35,542 bases of DNA from a virus (taxonomy: Duplodnaviria; Heunggongvirae; Uroviricota; Caudoviricetes), in IMG/VR virus record IMGVR_UViG_2667528074_000007; one strand, 5' to 3'. Below the pieces are notes generated by a model, which saw nothing but the letters and a program-made list of their open reading frames with translations, had not been told where the DNA came from and did not search any database. Position 1 is the stretch's first letter, and each line of letters begins with the position of its first letter. Shown piece after piece: positions 1-10,236 of the stretch. Made by a program: the position numbers and the translations under genes.

Positions 1-294
1 ACCAAGGTTTTCGAGAGCCGTTTTCACCGTGCCATCCGATTTGATATCGCCAAACGGATTCTTGCGGCTTAACAGCAGCGCACGAAGCGCGGTAAGCAAC
101 TGGTCGTGCCGCGCCTTCTCCAGGCTGGCACCGGATGCCTCCACCACGCTGCAGAGTTCTTCCTGCAACATATCAAAGTAGTCATCATCCAGATCGGTGG
201 CAGGTGTGCCGGTCTGGGGGTTACCACGAGTAAAACCGTTCTTACCCGCGCCGAACTTATCCTTCTGCGCGGTTTTAGTGTCTATGCGATGCAT
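1..294 (-). CDS. Side tail fiber protein, N-terminal 98 codons only (rest lies beyond the window start)
   Basis: Minus-strand ATG at 294 reads [74 protein letters not shown], the conserved N-terminus of enterobacterial prophage tail fibers; open to position 1. Not in the ORF track because it is truncated. Confidence 0.7.
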   Translation of the reverse strand, partial: MHRIDTKTAQKDKFGAGKNGFTRGNPQTGTPATDLDDDYFDMLQEELCSVVEASGASLEKARHDQLLTALRALLLSRKNPFGDIKSDGTVKTALENLG

Positions 295-297
295 GGA

Positions 298-882
298 TTA
301 CTCCGGATATTTAAAAATTACGTAGGTATGCGACGGGCAGAGTTTGTTAAGCACACACTCAACAACGGTGTCACCCCAGATACGCAGTGCGGAATCACAG
401 GGATCGCTACATGTCATCCAGGTGGAGTTGGTGGTGGCTGGCATGTTGACCTGCCAGTAATACCGCCATTCCGGCGCATTCACCGCGTCAGTACAGGCCG
501 ATGAGCAGGTGAAAGTGCTTTTGTCGTATCGCGTGATGGTGGCATCTGATCTGCCCAGGGCAGCAAGCTGTGCAAGATAAAAATCCTCGTTGATGCCGCC
601 CGCCAGGTTAACCTTCGCATCCAGCCGTTGCTGACGCTGGCGAAGGGTCTGCGTTCCCGCCGGAATACATTCATCCGGCAGACCGCACAGACGCTCCCAG
701 CGGTTTATCAGTTCAGTGGTGGTGCGCGGATCCAGCTCCCGCATCAGGGCATCCGCACGCTGATGAACGCGGGTTAATGACGGTGCCGCACCGGCAATCG
801 CCGGATCGCTGGCTGACCACGCCGGACCGGGGGGCAACAGTGCCGACAACAGACGGATGTAATCATCGTTTGTCACGTCCAT
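298..882 (-). CDS. Mu gp48-like tail/baseplate protein (DUF2313-type)
   Basis: 194-aa ORF in the Mu-like baseplate gene order, immediately before the tail fiber; assignment from position and recalled family resemblance. Confidence 0.6.
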   Translation of the reverse strand: MDVTNDDYIRLLSALLPPGPAWSASDPAIAGAAPSLTRVHQRADALMRELDPRTTTELINRWERLCGLPDECIPAGTQTLRQRQQRLDAKVNLAGGINEDFYLAQLAALGRSDATITRYDKSTFTCSSACTDAVNAPEWRYYWQVNMPATTNSTWMTCSDPCDSALRIWGDTVVECVLNKLCPSHTYVIFKYPE

Positions 883-1931
883 GAAATCGTCCCCAGTACC
901 GCCAGTTCATTTTTTGCAATGGAGATATTGTCTGCCGGTGTAAGCAACTGATGGCTGTATTCCCCGTTCGCACCGGAAATCGCCTCACTGATACGCGATA
1001 CCTTCAGTTCTCCCTGCGGATAACCATCACGCAGCAGGAACGAACGCAACTCCGCGGTGATGGCAGCCCGTATTTCCGGTGTGTCCGGCGTCACGCGGAT
1101 ATGAAAATCCACCGTATGTGCCACCGGCCTGAACACATACAAATCAGAGCCTGCCACCGGGGCCAGTGGCCCGATATGTTGTCTTGCCGCCGTTTCCGTT
1201 GATTCTTCCGGAATGGGATTAATCAGGTCACTGCTGGCAATCATCACACCGACAGTTCCCGTTCCCATCCAGTGACGGTATGTCCATGCGCGGGTAATGC
1301 CGGGCACTTCTTTAGCCCAGACGACATAGTCCCCGTCAGCCCCGCCCTGCGGCGTCCAGTAATACCGCTCAATGACGCGGGCGCGCCACGTTTCCAGATC
1401 TTCAGTATCGAATCCGCCAGTCAGAGTATCTGCAACACCGGAAGACGGCAGACCATTCACCGGCGTGACCAGGATTAATGCCGTACCGTCGTCAGCGTTA
1501 CCGACCGCGCCTGCACTTGAGCAAGTGATCGGCACGCGCAGGACACCACCGGAGCTGGTTGCATCAGCAGTTGCCGTGTACTGAACCAGGTCATCGCGCT
1601 GAATCACGCTCCCGGCAGTCACCTTCAGGCCATCGCTGACACCTTCCCAGCGCATATACCCGCTGGCAGCCGTGGCCCCCTTGCGCGGACACCGTTTCAT
1701 CGCAGCATGTCGCGCCAGCCAGGACTCATCGCACAGGTCAGGCAGCATGTTCATTGCCAGATAATCGATGTAACCGTAAACCGTATGCAGCGCCGCCGCA
1801 TACACCTTTGCCCGCACGTCTTCATCCATGCGCCGGAGCGTGTCGCTGACGTCCAGCCTGGCGAATAAATCGTTACGGAGCATACTGATATTTTCTGCCA
1901 GCGTCGGGCGCTGAAATTCACTGTCCGCCAT
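873..1931 (-). CDS. Baseplate J-like protein (Mu gp47-like)
   Basis: 352-aa ORF overlapping its neighbours; size and position match the baseplate J family in Mu-like tail clusters. Confidence 0.7.
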   Translation of the reverse strand: MADSEFQRPTLAENISMLRNDLFARLDVSDTLRRMDEDVRAKVYAAALHTVYGYIDYLAMNMLPDLCDESWLARHAAMKRCPRKGATAASGYMRWEGVSDGLKVTAGSVIQRDDLVQYTATADATSSGGVLRVPITCSSAGAVGNADDGTALILVTPVNGLPSSGVADTLTGGFDTEDLETWRARVIERYYWTPQGGADGDYVVWAKEVPGITRAWTYRHWMGTGTVGVMIASSDLINPIPEESTETAARQHIGPLAPVAGSDLYVFRPVAHTVDFHIRVTPDTPEIRAAITAELRSFLLRDGYPQGELKVSRISEAISGANGEYSHQLLTPADNISIAKNELAVLGTISWT

Positions 1932-2346
1932 GCGTTATCGCACTCCACAGATCATCAAAAGAAATCATTACCGGTCCGTCACGACGCCAGAGAGTGATAC
2001 TGTTACCCAGTTCATTAATCCCGGTGCGGCGGATATCCAGATCAATACGGGACACCACGCCATCATCAATCATCCATTGCAGGCATTCGCGGATATACCC
2101 CCTTACCGTCTGCACCAGCTGATTGGTCAGTTTGCTGCGCTGAAGCAGCCACAGTCGGGAGCCGTAACGGTCATTCTGTACCGCAGGCCAGGTATCCCCC
2201 CACCATCCCATCGGGACGTCGGCGTTGTCATCAGGCTCCGCCCGCCGCCAGGTAAACAGGGAAATCACCACGGCGCGGGTCAGCGGATCCAGCGGTGCGC
2301 TGGCGCAGGTGCGTTTACCGTTCACCGTCAGCCACAGTTCCATCAT
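1918..2346 (-). CDS. Mu gp46-like baseplate protein (GPW/gp25 family)
   Basis: 142-aa ORF between baseplate V and J homologs; typical size and position. Confidence 0.6.
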   Translation of the reverse strand: MMELWLTVNGKRTCASAPLDPLTRAVVISLFTWRRAEPDDNADVPMGWWGDTWPAVQNDRYGSRLWLLQRSKLTNQLVQTVRGYIRECLQWMIDDGVVSRIDLDIRRTGINELGNSITLWRRDGPVMISFDDLWSAITHGGQ

Positions 2347-2891
2347 GCCTCCATCGCTTTATCCGGTTTGTCGGTGTTACTGCCCTGACCGTTCTCTCTG
2401 TGACTATGCCCGTTATAGGCAAGCCGCATCGCTGACATGGTGGTGCCGCCGGAGTCGCACAGGTCTTTCACCTGTCCTGTCACTTCCAGGTCCATTTCAA
2501 AACGTGCTTCAGGTGCATTGCGAAACGTGATCGTTTTACCTGCACCGTCCACCACGATCCCCTCCCGGGTCAGCGTCACGGACTGCCCCTGATCGTCATA
2601 GACAGCCACCTCACCCGTCTGCAGCCCTTTCAGGCGGTAGCGACGGTCCGACACCGTAACAACCACCGCATGAGAACGGTCGCCATCCGGAAACAACACC
2701 ACCGCTTCCGCACCGCTGTTTGCCCTTGCGGTAAAACCGTAGGGTTCAAGATGTTCAACCCCGGCTTTGGGTTCACCGGCAATCAGGAACACATCCACGG
2801 TCTGACATTTCGTGGCGGCACTGATGCTTTTCACCACGGCCCGCCCAATCAGGCCGAGGAGTTGTCGCTGCATGGCTTCAATCGTCCTCAT
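2343..2891 (-). CDS. Baseplate assembly protein V / spike (Mu gp45-like)
   Basis: 182-aa ORF, 4-nt overlap with both neighbours, canonical position after the gpP homolog. Confidence 0.7.
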   Translation of the reverse strand: MRTIEAMQRQLLGLIGRAVVKSISAATKCQTVDVFLIAGEPKAGVEHLEPYGFTARANSGAEAVVLFPDGDRSHAVVVTVSDRRYRLKGLQTGEVAVYDDQGQSVTLTREGIVVDGAGKTITFRNAPEARFEMDLEVTGQVKDLCDSGGTTMSAMRLAYNGHSHRENGQGSNTDKPDKAMEA

Positions 2892-3970
2892 CAGAACGGG
2901 TCCTCCTGTACTCTGGCTTTTTTCTTTTTCCGCGCGCCGGGGGCTTCGGGTTCAGGCAGATAAGCATCAGGCGGGCCGACACGGATTTCCGTCAGGGTGC
3001 CGTTCTGGTCCTGAGTAAACGTGACTTCCGAAACAAGCAGTTCGGTATTGTCGAAACCACAGACCGGATCAAAGACAATCACCCGCTGGTTGGGCTGCCA
3101 CAGCGTACCGTTACCCTGTCGCCAGCCCTGCACCACATAGGTGGTTTCATCCGTCCGCGCCGCCCGTTGTCGGGCTTCAAAGTCCGCACGGGCAATACAA
3201 CCTGCCCCCGTAGCCTGCCCTGTCTGCCTGATATACATCGGACGGTAACGGGCAATAAATGCGTCCTCTGTGCGGGCCCGCAGCGCGGTGGTGGTGGCCT
3301 CACCGAAATCATCGTCGTTTCCGGCACGCTGCCCCGCCACCTGGTAAACAGAAAATCGCTCCTGGATACTCTTCTCCGTATCGCAGGAAAGGATGTTTTC
3401 CCCGAGTACCAGCGCGGTATGTGCCCGCGTTGAGCCAATACCGCCAATCACCAGCCTGCCGTGCGGGTCGTCATAAGCCAGCGCCTGCTGCTGACCGAGT
3501 ATTTTGTTAATCACCTCGATCACCGTTTCACCGTGATCAGGCTGGACATCAGGAATAACACCCGACGGCGCACCGCTGTTCACCACCTCAATGCCGAAGG
3601 GCGCAGCAAGCGCCTGCGCAATCTGTACCAGTGATCGTCCGTTAAACTGTGTCGGTTCGGCTGCACAGTCAATCAGGTCAGCAGTCAGACTGCGTCCGGC
3701 AATACCGGTGCTGACCGAACGGGCATCGTAACGAACGGGCGTCGCCTCCACCCAGCCGGTGATCACCCGCTCATCACCAATCAGCACCTCCACTTTTGAA
3801 CCGTTTTTAATGCGCGGCTGAAGCGTGGTAATACCCTCATCACCCGGCCACTGGCGGGTGATCTCCACACTGAAATCCCGCGCCAGCCGTTCAATACCGG
3901 CACCGATGCGCACCGATGTCCAGCCATTCCACTCCCGGCCATTTACCCGTAGCGTGACATTGTCGTTCAT
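2891..3970 (-). CDS. Mu gpP-like tail protein (late control gene D family)
   Basis: 359-aa ORF directly downstream of the DNA circulation protein, as in Mu gp43-gp44. Confidence 0.7.
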   Translation of the reverse strand: MNDNVTLRVNGREWNGWTSVRIGAGIERLARDFSVEITRQWPGDEGITTLQPRIKNGSKVEVLIGDERVITGWVEATPVRYDARSVSTGIAGRSLTADLIDCAAEPTQFNGRSLVQIAQALAAPFGIEVVNSGAPSGVIPDVQPDHGETVIEVINKILGQQQALAYDDPHGRLVIGGIGSTRAHTALVLGENILSCDTEKSIQERFSVYQVAGQRAGNDDDFGEATTTALRARTEDAFIARYRPMYIRQTGQATGAGCIARADFEARQRAARTDETTYVVQGWRQGNGTLWQPNQRVIVFDPVCGFDNTELLVSEVTFTQDQNGTLTEIRVGPPDAYLPEPEAPGARKKKKARVQEDPF

Positions 3971-5301
3971 TGCACTGGCACCTTCAGAGGGATCACCGGC
4001 ACAAAGCCGGGATGCGTAATGGCATTACGCCGGATAATGTCCGCGTCACGCGCCGCGTTATCAAACCAGGTCGCCGCCAGCACCAGCGCGGGTAAAACCT
4101 CATCCGGTGTGCGCTGAATGATCCGTGCAGACTGTTCAAGGCGCGTGTTGATATCCGCATTCAGATCTGCTTTCACCCGGCGCAGCGCCAGAAACAGCGC
4201 ATCGCTGGTTGTACGGGACAACTCCTTATCAATTGCCGTATTCAGTGTGTCGCGAATGTCAGTCAGTTCTTCCCACGTCGGCAGGTCAACCGTGTTTTTC
4301 ACCGCCGGTGCATTGTTCAGTGCCGGATGCGTGACGGAAGGCCAGCCAGTGCTCTGCGCGGGTGTTGTTGCCTGCCCCACTGTGGCATTCTGCATCACCG
4401 CGGAAGTTGTTGGCGCAGGCAATCGGGTGACGGCATACGCCGCTTCGCTGATTGCGGTCGTACGAAGGGTGCTGGCAACCACGTTACGCTGCTGCGTCGC
4501 CGTGGCGGTGGTTTTACTGTCCGTTTTCCAGACGCCGCGCGGTTGCAGATCGCTGCCGAGGCTGACACCGGAAAGCGTTTTGATCATGGTGACCAGGTCG
4601 CTGGCGTTACCATAAAGGCGTTTCCCGGTACGCCACATTTTCTGCACCTGCTCAACGAAATTTTTGCCTGACGATGGCGGCGGCAGAAGTACCGAGATAT
4701 CCCCCTGCAACAGCCTGGCGGCGTCCGATACGGCAGAATCCACCACTTTCATCGCATCAGAAACATACCCCAGCATTATGCTGGCATTACCGATAACGTC
4801 GTTCTGCACGAAATCCGCCACACCATCGATACTGAAACCGCTGAAGCTGTCACTGATGCAGTTATCCAGTGCAGAACAGGATGACATCAGCGTCTGCGCC
4901 GTCGCCGCACCTGATGTGGGGTAAGAGAGTTCTCCTGCTTCGACAAACTTCAGGTCAAAGCGGACAATACGCCCTTCACTTTTCGATGTGCTGACCCGAA
5001 CTTCCCCGTCAACACAGACTTTCAGCTCACCGTATGTCGGATGGACAAGCGTGCCGGGACCGGGTTTATTCAGCGCGTCAATCAGGCGATCGCGCTGGTC
5101 AAAGCAGTCATCTCCCACCACATAAGCCGTGATGGACGGGCGAAAAGTGATTTTCCCCAGGTCTTCGGTATAGGGTTTGTCGCGGTTCGGGTATTCATGT
5201 GTTTCCACACGGCGACCGGTTCCCGCACTTTCTTCTTCAACCTTAAACGGCACACCTCGAAATGACGCATCCTGAAGCCTGTCTTTCCACGTCATATACA
5301 C
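3967..5301 (-). CDS. DNA circulation protein (Mu gpN-like)
   Basis: 444-aa ORF; N-terminus MYMTWKDRLQDASFRGVPFKVEEES...HEYPNRDKPYTEDLG matches the DNA circulation N-terminal domain; sits downstream of the tape measure gene. Confidence 0.8.
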   Translation of the reverse strand: MYMTWKDRLQDASFRGVPFKVEEESAGTGRRVETHEYPNRDKPYTEDLGKITFRPSITAYVVGDDCFDQRDRLIDALNKPGPGTLVHPTYGELKVCVDGEVRVSTSKSEGRIVRFDLKFVEAGELSYPTSGAATAQTLMSSCSALDNCISDSFSGFSIDGVADFVQNDVIGNASIMLGYVSDAMKVVDSAVSDAARLLQGDISVLLPPPSSGKNFVEQVQKMWRTGKRLYGNASDLVTMIKTLSGVSLGSDLQPRGVWKTDSKTTATATQQRNVVASTLRTTAISEAAYAVTRLPAPTTSAVMQNATVGQATTPAQSTGWPSVTHPALNNAPAVKNTVDLPTWEELTDIRDTLNTAIDKELSRTTSDALFLALRRVKADLNADINTRLEQSARIIQRTPDEVLPALVLAATWFDNAARDADIIRRNAITHPGFVPVIPLKVPVQ

Positions 5302-5310
5302 TCCGAAAAT

Positions 5311-5336
5311 AAAAAAGCCACCTATTAGAAGGTGGC
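5311..5336 (-). terminator. Rho-independent terminator downstream of the 176-aa moron gene
   Basis: Plus strand reads AAAAAA-GCCACC-TATTAGAA-GGTGGC; on the minus strand this is a 6-bp GC stem followed by a U-tract, 21 nt after the stop at 5357. Confidence 0.5.
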
Positions 5337-5356
5337 CTTGTAATGAATTTTATTAA

Positions 5357-5887
5357 TTAGCGAGTCAGAAACAACGAATCTTTATACTTTTGCTGTTGTT
5401 CATTTAAATACTTAGCTGTTTCATCGCTGGCAAATGGAAATATTACCGTATTTTTAGGCATGGTAATTTCTTTTTTGTCCAGCGTCAGAGTAAACATAGG
5501 AACATACTGAGCAGAGTAACGCACCGCAGAAACGAGCTCTAGTTTAGACTCTTCAATAACACTTAAATTATCCAGGCTAACTTTCTCTTCATCTTTTTTC
5601 TTTGACGCATTTAAAGTTTTTATTACTTTATTTAATTTCTCCTGAAAATCCTCCTTAAAGTTTTCAGGATTGCCGTCGACAACAAGAATCTGTTCACCCT
5701 GATTATCTGGAAAAATAATCTTTGTACTTATCAATTTATTTTCTTTATAAACATCACCAAGTTTTATGGCTCCTCCAGATAACTGAATAATATGTTCATC
5801 TTTAAAGGAGATGTTGCCAGAGATTATGAGAGATGAAAAAATAGCCGCTGCTCCAAGAATTACACTTGCTGTGATATAGCCTTTCAT
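5357..5887 (-). CDS. Hypothetical exported or membrane-anchored protein (moron inside the tail cluster)
   Basis: 176-aa ORF with hydrophobic N-terminus MKGYITASVILGAAAIFSSLIISG; markedly AT-rich compared with flanking tail genes; own terminator; inserted between tape measure and DNA circulation genes. Confidence 0.6.
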   Translation of the reverse strand: MKGYITASVILGAAAIFSSLIISGNISFKDEHIIQLSGGAIKLGDVYKENKLISTKIIFPDNQGEQILVVDGNPENFKEDFQEKLNKVIKTLNASKKKDEEKVSLDNLSVIEESKLELVSAVRYSAQYVPMFTLTLDKKEITMPKNTVIFPFASDETAKYLNEQQQKYKDSLFLTR

Positions 5888-5978
5888 TTTTCGCCTATTA
5901 ACATTTTTCTAAATGTGCATTAATTCTATCACTCTATTTATGACTTACAACCAGCAATACATGTGAGGGGAATCCTGG

Positions 5979-7811
5979 CTACCAAAATCGGGTATAGCCA
6001 ACATCGTGATTTATATCAATGCCACTGGAGCGTGTTTCCGTAACCCGCATACCTGGTGGCATATTTATAAATGATACCTTGATCTCACCATCAACTTTTG
6101 GCGCGGTAGCTTTATTAATCATGAAGGGATTCGAGCCTGTGGCATCGGAGGCGTTGTTTGCCTGAGCCGGATCCACCGCCGGATAAGGAGTGTATCCCCG
6201 TGCCGGTATTCCCGTCCCATAAGCATCATAAGCACCCGCGCCCCACTGCGCAGAGTTAATGGTATCGACCGTGTCACCGGAACTGTCGGTAAACCACTCA
6301 ATAATTGGCTTCAGCTTGTCCCACATATCCTGAAACCACTTAACAACCGGCCCCCAGTTATTGATCACCATCCCCATCGGCGACCAGGCAAAAACTTTCT
6401 TAAGGAGTTCCCAGCCAGCCTCAAAATAAGGACCAATGGTTTCCCAGAGCTTCTTGAAATAAGGTCCGACAACATCCCAGTTAGTGATAATTAATCCCGC
6501 AGCCAGGGCTATCGCCGTCGCAATCATGCCAATCGGCGTCATCGACATGATCCTGCTGACAATGCTGATGGCACTGCCCACGCCCATCAATCCCAGTTTC
6601 AGAATCGCAAGACCGGCAGCAAGCCCGACGACGCCGCGAATAACCCGGGGATTTTCATCCGCAAACTTCGTGAATTTTTCCCCCAACTCCCCCAGCCATT
6701 GCGTGATATTTTTAGCGTCACCAGAAAATGCGCCGCCAATAGCCGCAAGGCCGTTAGTTGCGGTCCCTGTCATTGCCTCCCACAGGTTGGACAGCGTACC
6801 AAGCTGTGCCTGAACACGTTTATTCAGGCTGGCCTGTTTATTCATCTTCTGCTGGATCTGATCGTAGCCATCCTTTCCTTTATCGATTAGTGCATTGACC
6901 ACCTGAAGGGTTTCGGCATCATCACCAAATATTGCCTTAAGTACACCGGTTCGCTTAACGTCGGTCAGTTTTCGCAGCTTTGCCAGTTGCCTGAACATGT
7001 TATCAAGACCGCCAAAATTCCCTTTGCCATCAGTAAAATCGAGCTGTACCCCGAGTTTCTGGCGGGCCATGATTTTATTGACGTCCCTGATTTTCTTAAC
7101 GCTTAATCCGGACTGGATAACTTTTCGCAGGGCATTACCTGCCGACTCCCCGTTCATCCCCATCTGATCCATCATGACACTGATGGGGGCAAGGCTCTGT
7201 GCAGCCTGAAGACCGTCCTTGTTCACCATCTTCAGAACAGAACTGGTTTTAGTGAAGAAGGACAACATGTTGGTATCGTCAACGCCCAGATAAAACGCCT
7301 TCTGGATAGTGTCGAACAGCCCCATCATGTCTTCTGACGCCGTTCCGGTAGCATCCTGCATCTTTGCAGCAAACTCAGCAGCCGCTTCCGGTGTTTTTTT
7401 CAGTTGTACCGCAAGATAAGCTGTCGCTTTACCCACACCACCCAGAATGTTTTCTGCCGGAATCCCCTGACGCACCAGCATCTGCATCATGTTCTGGAAA
7501 TCAGCCGTTGTACCGGGTAGCTGGTTACCCAGTCCAATAGCCAGTTTATTGATGTCCTGAAAGCTCTTTCCAACCTCGCCGTTCGCATCCATCATGGCGA
7601 CTTTCAGCCCGGTGGCGGCGTTTTCCTGATCGGCATAAGATTTCAGGGAAAGCGTCAGACCCGCTGCCAGTCCGCCACCAAGCGCCAGCCCACCCTGTGA
7701 CGCTTCTTCCGCCTGGCGTTTAAATCCCCGGATTTTCTTTTGCATTTTCGACAGCGCGGGAGAAAGCCTGTCGACACCGGTGATCAACGCCTTAAGCTCA
7801 AATTCAGCCAT
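5979..7811 (-). CDS. Tail tape measure protein
   Basis: 610-aa ORF, Ala/Gly-rich with hydrophobic central segments, immediately downstream of the frameshifted chaperone pair. Confidence 0.85.
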   Translation of the reverse strand: MAEFELKALITGVDRLSPALSKMQKKIRGFKRQAEEASQGGLALGGGLAAGLTLSLKSYADQENAATGLKVAMMDANGEVGKSFQDINKLAIGLGNQLPGTTADFQNMMQMLVRQGIPAENILGGVGKATAYLAVQLKKTPEAAAEFAAKMQDATGTASEDMMGLFDTIQKAFYLGVDDTNMLSFFTKTSSVLKMVNKDGLQAAQSLAPISVMMDQMGMNGESAGNALRKVIQSGLSVKKIRDVNKIMARQKLGVQLDFTDGKGNFGGLDNMFRQLAKLRKLTDVKRTGVLKAIFGDDAETLQVVNALIDKGKDGYDQIQQKMNKQASLNKRVQAQLGTLSNLWEAMTGTATNGLAAIGGAFSGDAKNITQWLGELGEKFTKFADENPRVIRGVVGLAAGLAILKLGLMGVGSAISIVSRIMSMTPIGMIATAIALAAGLIITNWDVVGPYFKKLWETIGPYFEAGWELLKKVFAWSPMGMVINNWGPVVKWFQDMWDKLKPIIEWFTDSSGDTVDTINSAQWGAGAYDAYGTGIPARGYTPYPAVDPAQANNASDATGSNPFMINKATAPKVDGEIKVSFINMPPGMRVTETRSSGIDINHDVGYTRFW

Positions 7812-8222
7812 GTGTGCGTTTCTCCTGCTCTATCCTGTTTGCCTGACTGACCAGCAAGGGAATTTCACTGATCGGCATATTCAGCAATTCGAAGGGATTA
7901 ATGCGCCAGTAGCTGGCGCAGTCAAAGAAGCGATCAGTGAGGTATTCAGCCGTCAGGCCTGGAGGAAAAAACCAGCCACAAGCCACGCCGCTGCATTCAG
8001 GTCTGCCGGAGACATCTGGTCGACAGAGCTTTGCGGCACTTTCGCCAGCCGCACAATGTATTTCGACACCACATGCGCCAGAAGTCTGACGGACTCATCC
8101 TGATTCATCTGGTAGGGATACCCCAGCTCGCGGACATCCTTCCCGGTGGGTTCATCAAACTCCAGTACGGAGAGTGTCTCACCATGAGCGATAATCGGTT
8201 TCTTTAACTCAAGCTCTTTCAT
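7804..8222 (-). CDS. Tail assembly chaperone, two overlapping frames joined by a putative -1 programmed frameshift
   Basis: ORF 7953..8222 (89 aa) and ORF 7804..7986 in the -1 frame overlap upstream of the tape measure gene; the overlap contains T_TTT_TTC in the upstream frame. Confidence 0.6.
7965..7971 (-). promoter_or_regulatory. Slippery heptamer TTTTTTC for -1 ribosomal frameshift
   Basis: Minus strand reads GCT GGT TTT TTC CTC; the X_XXY_YYZ heptamer sits in the overlap, and a -1 slip continues as F-F-P-P-G-L-T, matching the downstream ORF. Confidence 0.5.
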
Positions 8223-8578
8223 TACTGGTAATCCCCTTCTTCACCGTGGAACTCAAGATCAACCGTGCCTTCTTCGGCATTATGGTTCGCTTCTCCGTGC
8301 AGCCAGGCGGACGACAATACATAGACCTGACCGTTCGCCAGCTCGGCAGTGATGGTCATCTCATCAGACGAGGTGATTTTACTCACCGGAAAATTCTTCG
8401 GCACCTTGAATGTCCCTTTGACATAAGGCGCACGGTGAGTTTCCTTGCGGTCCACTGAACCGTCCAGGCCGATGATGTCATCATTGACCGTCCTGTTCAT
8501 GGGCACCTCAATGCCGCCGGTCAGCGATAGCTGCTGACCGTCAATTTTGAAATAACAGGTTCCCCCGATACGGGCCAT
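8222..8578 (-). CDS. Tail tube protein (Mu gpM-like)
   Basis: 118-aa ORF directly downstream of the sheath gene with 1-nt overlap. Confidence 0.7.
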   Translation of the reverse strand: MARIGGTCYFKIDGQQLSLTGGIEVPMNRTVNDDIIGLDGSVDRKETHRAPYVKGTFKVPKNFPVSKITSSDEMTITAELANGQVYVLSSAWLHGEANHNAEEGTVDLEFHGEEGDYQ

Positions 8579-10074
8579 TATGCAGACTCCTCTGAATACT
8601 GAAGACGGAACTGGTTAACCACGGCAAAAACACGCAACTGGTTAACATAGTCAGGCGGGAACAGCGTGTTCAGGCGGTTCGGATCGCTGGCATCACGCTC
8701 CACAACCAGGTACTGCTTAAACAGTTCGTAGTTTTCCACGATCCCCGCACGCTCAAGCTGACGGTAGGTTGCCAGCAGTTCCCCTTTGATTACCGCCGGG
8801 GTGACAATCGCCTGACCGGGACCAAAGCGGGTACCGTCGCTGGCAAGCTTGTGACGCCCGTACTTACTGGTAATGACGGATTTCAGTTTGCGCAGTACAT
8901 ACGCACTGGTATGCAGCGTCTCGCTGTCGAGGTAGCTGTTATCCGCAACCCCGTAAGAATTTTTCCTGTACGTGGTGACATCACGCTGAATGCGCAGCAC
9001 CCCGCTTTCGACATACGCCGTTGCCACGCCATGAGACAGCAGGGTCTGCTGCTCGGTCATCGTGAACCGTTTCCCCTTCGGCGCAGGCAGCATACCCACC
9101 AGCTCACCGGTCTGCGTGGGACGTGCCGGATCGTTGCGGATAAACACCGCTGCGCGGGCGGTACGGCTTGCCGCCAGCTCGTCGGCAGGCGTCTGGGTCT
9201 CTTTTTCGTACCCCGCCAGGGTGATGTGCTGCTGGTTAAACTGGTCACCTGCGTTCACCAGTTCTGACAGTGTGCCGGTCTTTGCCGTATACACATGACC
9301 ATACAGCTGACGCGCATAGCTCCAGCGACCGCTGGTATCGTTCATCTCGGTCACCAGCGTGTTAACGGAGGCCGTGTCGTTGAACGGCAGACCGATATAA
9401 TCAAACGGCTCATCCGCCATTGCAGCCACCGCGCCGGTGAGAACCGGAGCGCCCGTTCCGACGGTCCCCGTCGCCACGGCAATCTGTACGCCCGCTGGCA
9501 GCACTTCGCCCCCACCGAAGCCGTAGTAATTGAGGCTGACAGGAATTTCATTCCCGCAAAGCCCCTTATGACGCGCGGTCAGTGTGACCACGCCAGCCGA
9601 AGATGAAGCTGTAAACGGCAGAGTCGGAACGGCATTGATGGCATCTTTGATACTGCTGGCAATCGTCGTGACGTTATCGCCGTTGGTCACCGGAGCCTGC
9701 ACGCGGGTACGTCCCACATAGACATTCACCGTGCCGCTTTCGGTTGCTTCCCCGGTCACCGTCAGCGTAACCGTTGCCGCCGCGCCTGTGGCTTCCGGAA
9801 CGGCAATCACATACAGCTCACCAAACGGGTCGGTCTGGCGATAAGCCTCGACCATACGCGCCAGCTGACTTCCCGCACCACAAATCTGGCGTGCATAGTC
9901 TGCCGACGGCATCAGCACCAGACTGTTGGCAACAATCTCTGCACCGTTATTGGCATGACCAATCAGCAGCGATGCTCCGCTGTCCTGTGCAGTATTCGCA
10001 GCCTGGTTATCCATTTCCGCATAAAACAGCGGAACCAGCGTATTCGACGGAATGGTGTTAAAGCTTATCGTCAT
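8578..10074 (-). CDS. Contractile tail sheath protein
   Basis: 498-aa ORF, canonical size and position for a Mu-like sheath, followed by tube. Confidence 0.85.
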   Translation of the reverse strand: MTISFNTIPSNTLVPLFYAEMDNQAANTAQDSGASLLIGHANNGAEIVANSLVLMPSADYARQICGAGSQLARMVEAYRQTDPFGELYVIAVPEATGAAATVTLTVTGEATESGTVNVYVGRTRVQAPVTNGDNVTTIASSIKDAINAVPTLPFTASSSAGVVTLTARHKGLCGNEIPVSLNYYGFGGGEVLPAGVQIAVATGTVGTGAPVLTGAVAAMADEPFDYIGLPFNDTASVNTLVTEMNDTSGRWSYARQLYGHVYTAKTGTLSELVNAGDQFNQQHITLAGYEKETQTPADELAASRTARAAVFIRNDPARPTQTGELVGMLPAPKGKRFTMTEQQTLLSHGVATAYVESGVLRIQRDVTTYRKNSYGVADNSYLDSETLHTSAYVLRKLKSVITSKYGRHKLASDGTRFGPGQAIVTPAVIKGELLATYRQLERAGIVENYELFKQYLVVERDASDPNRLNTLFPPDYVNQLRVFAVVNQFRLQYSEESA

Positions 10075-10228
10075 CGGTGTTCACCTTTTTATTCACGCGC
10101 CGGATATCACCCGCTGCTTCACGGCGCAGCCAGTAGTTGTTCTCATCAACATTTCGCCCTTCGGCGGGCAAAAGGTCGCCGCGGGCAGGGTCAGGCACTG
10201 ACCGCCCTTTAACAGGTTTCACAAACAT
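10058..10228 (-). CDS. Small basic protein upstream of the sheath gene (56 aa)
   Basis: ATG at 10228 preceded by GAGGA 7 nt upstream; translates MFVKPVKGRSVPDPARGDLLPAEGRNVDENNYWLRREAAGDIRRVNKKVNTDDDKL; overlaps the sheath start. Below the ORF-track size cutoff. Confidence 0.4.
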   Translation of the reverse strand: MFVKPVKGRSVPDPARGDLLPAEGRNVDENNYWLRREAAGDIRRVNKKVNTDDDKL

Positions 10229-10236
10229 GATGATCC

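Noticed and set aside
106-504. Plus-strand 132-aa ORF overlapping the tail fiber and gp48-like genes
   Set aside because: Lies antisense to well-supported minus-strand structural genes; composition looks like a shadow ORF of GC-rich coding DNA.
7804-7986. 60-aa ORF starting MACGWFF as an independent gene
   Set aside because: Better explained as the -1 frame extension of the tail assembly chaperone; its ATG sits inside the upstream ORF without a ribosome-binding site.
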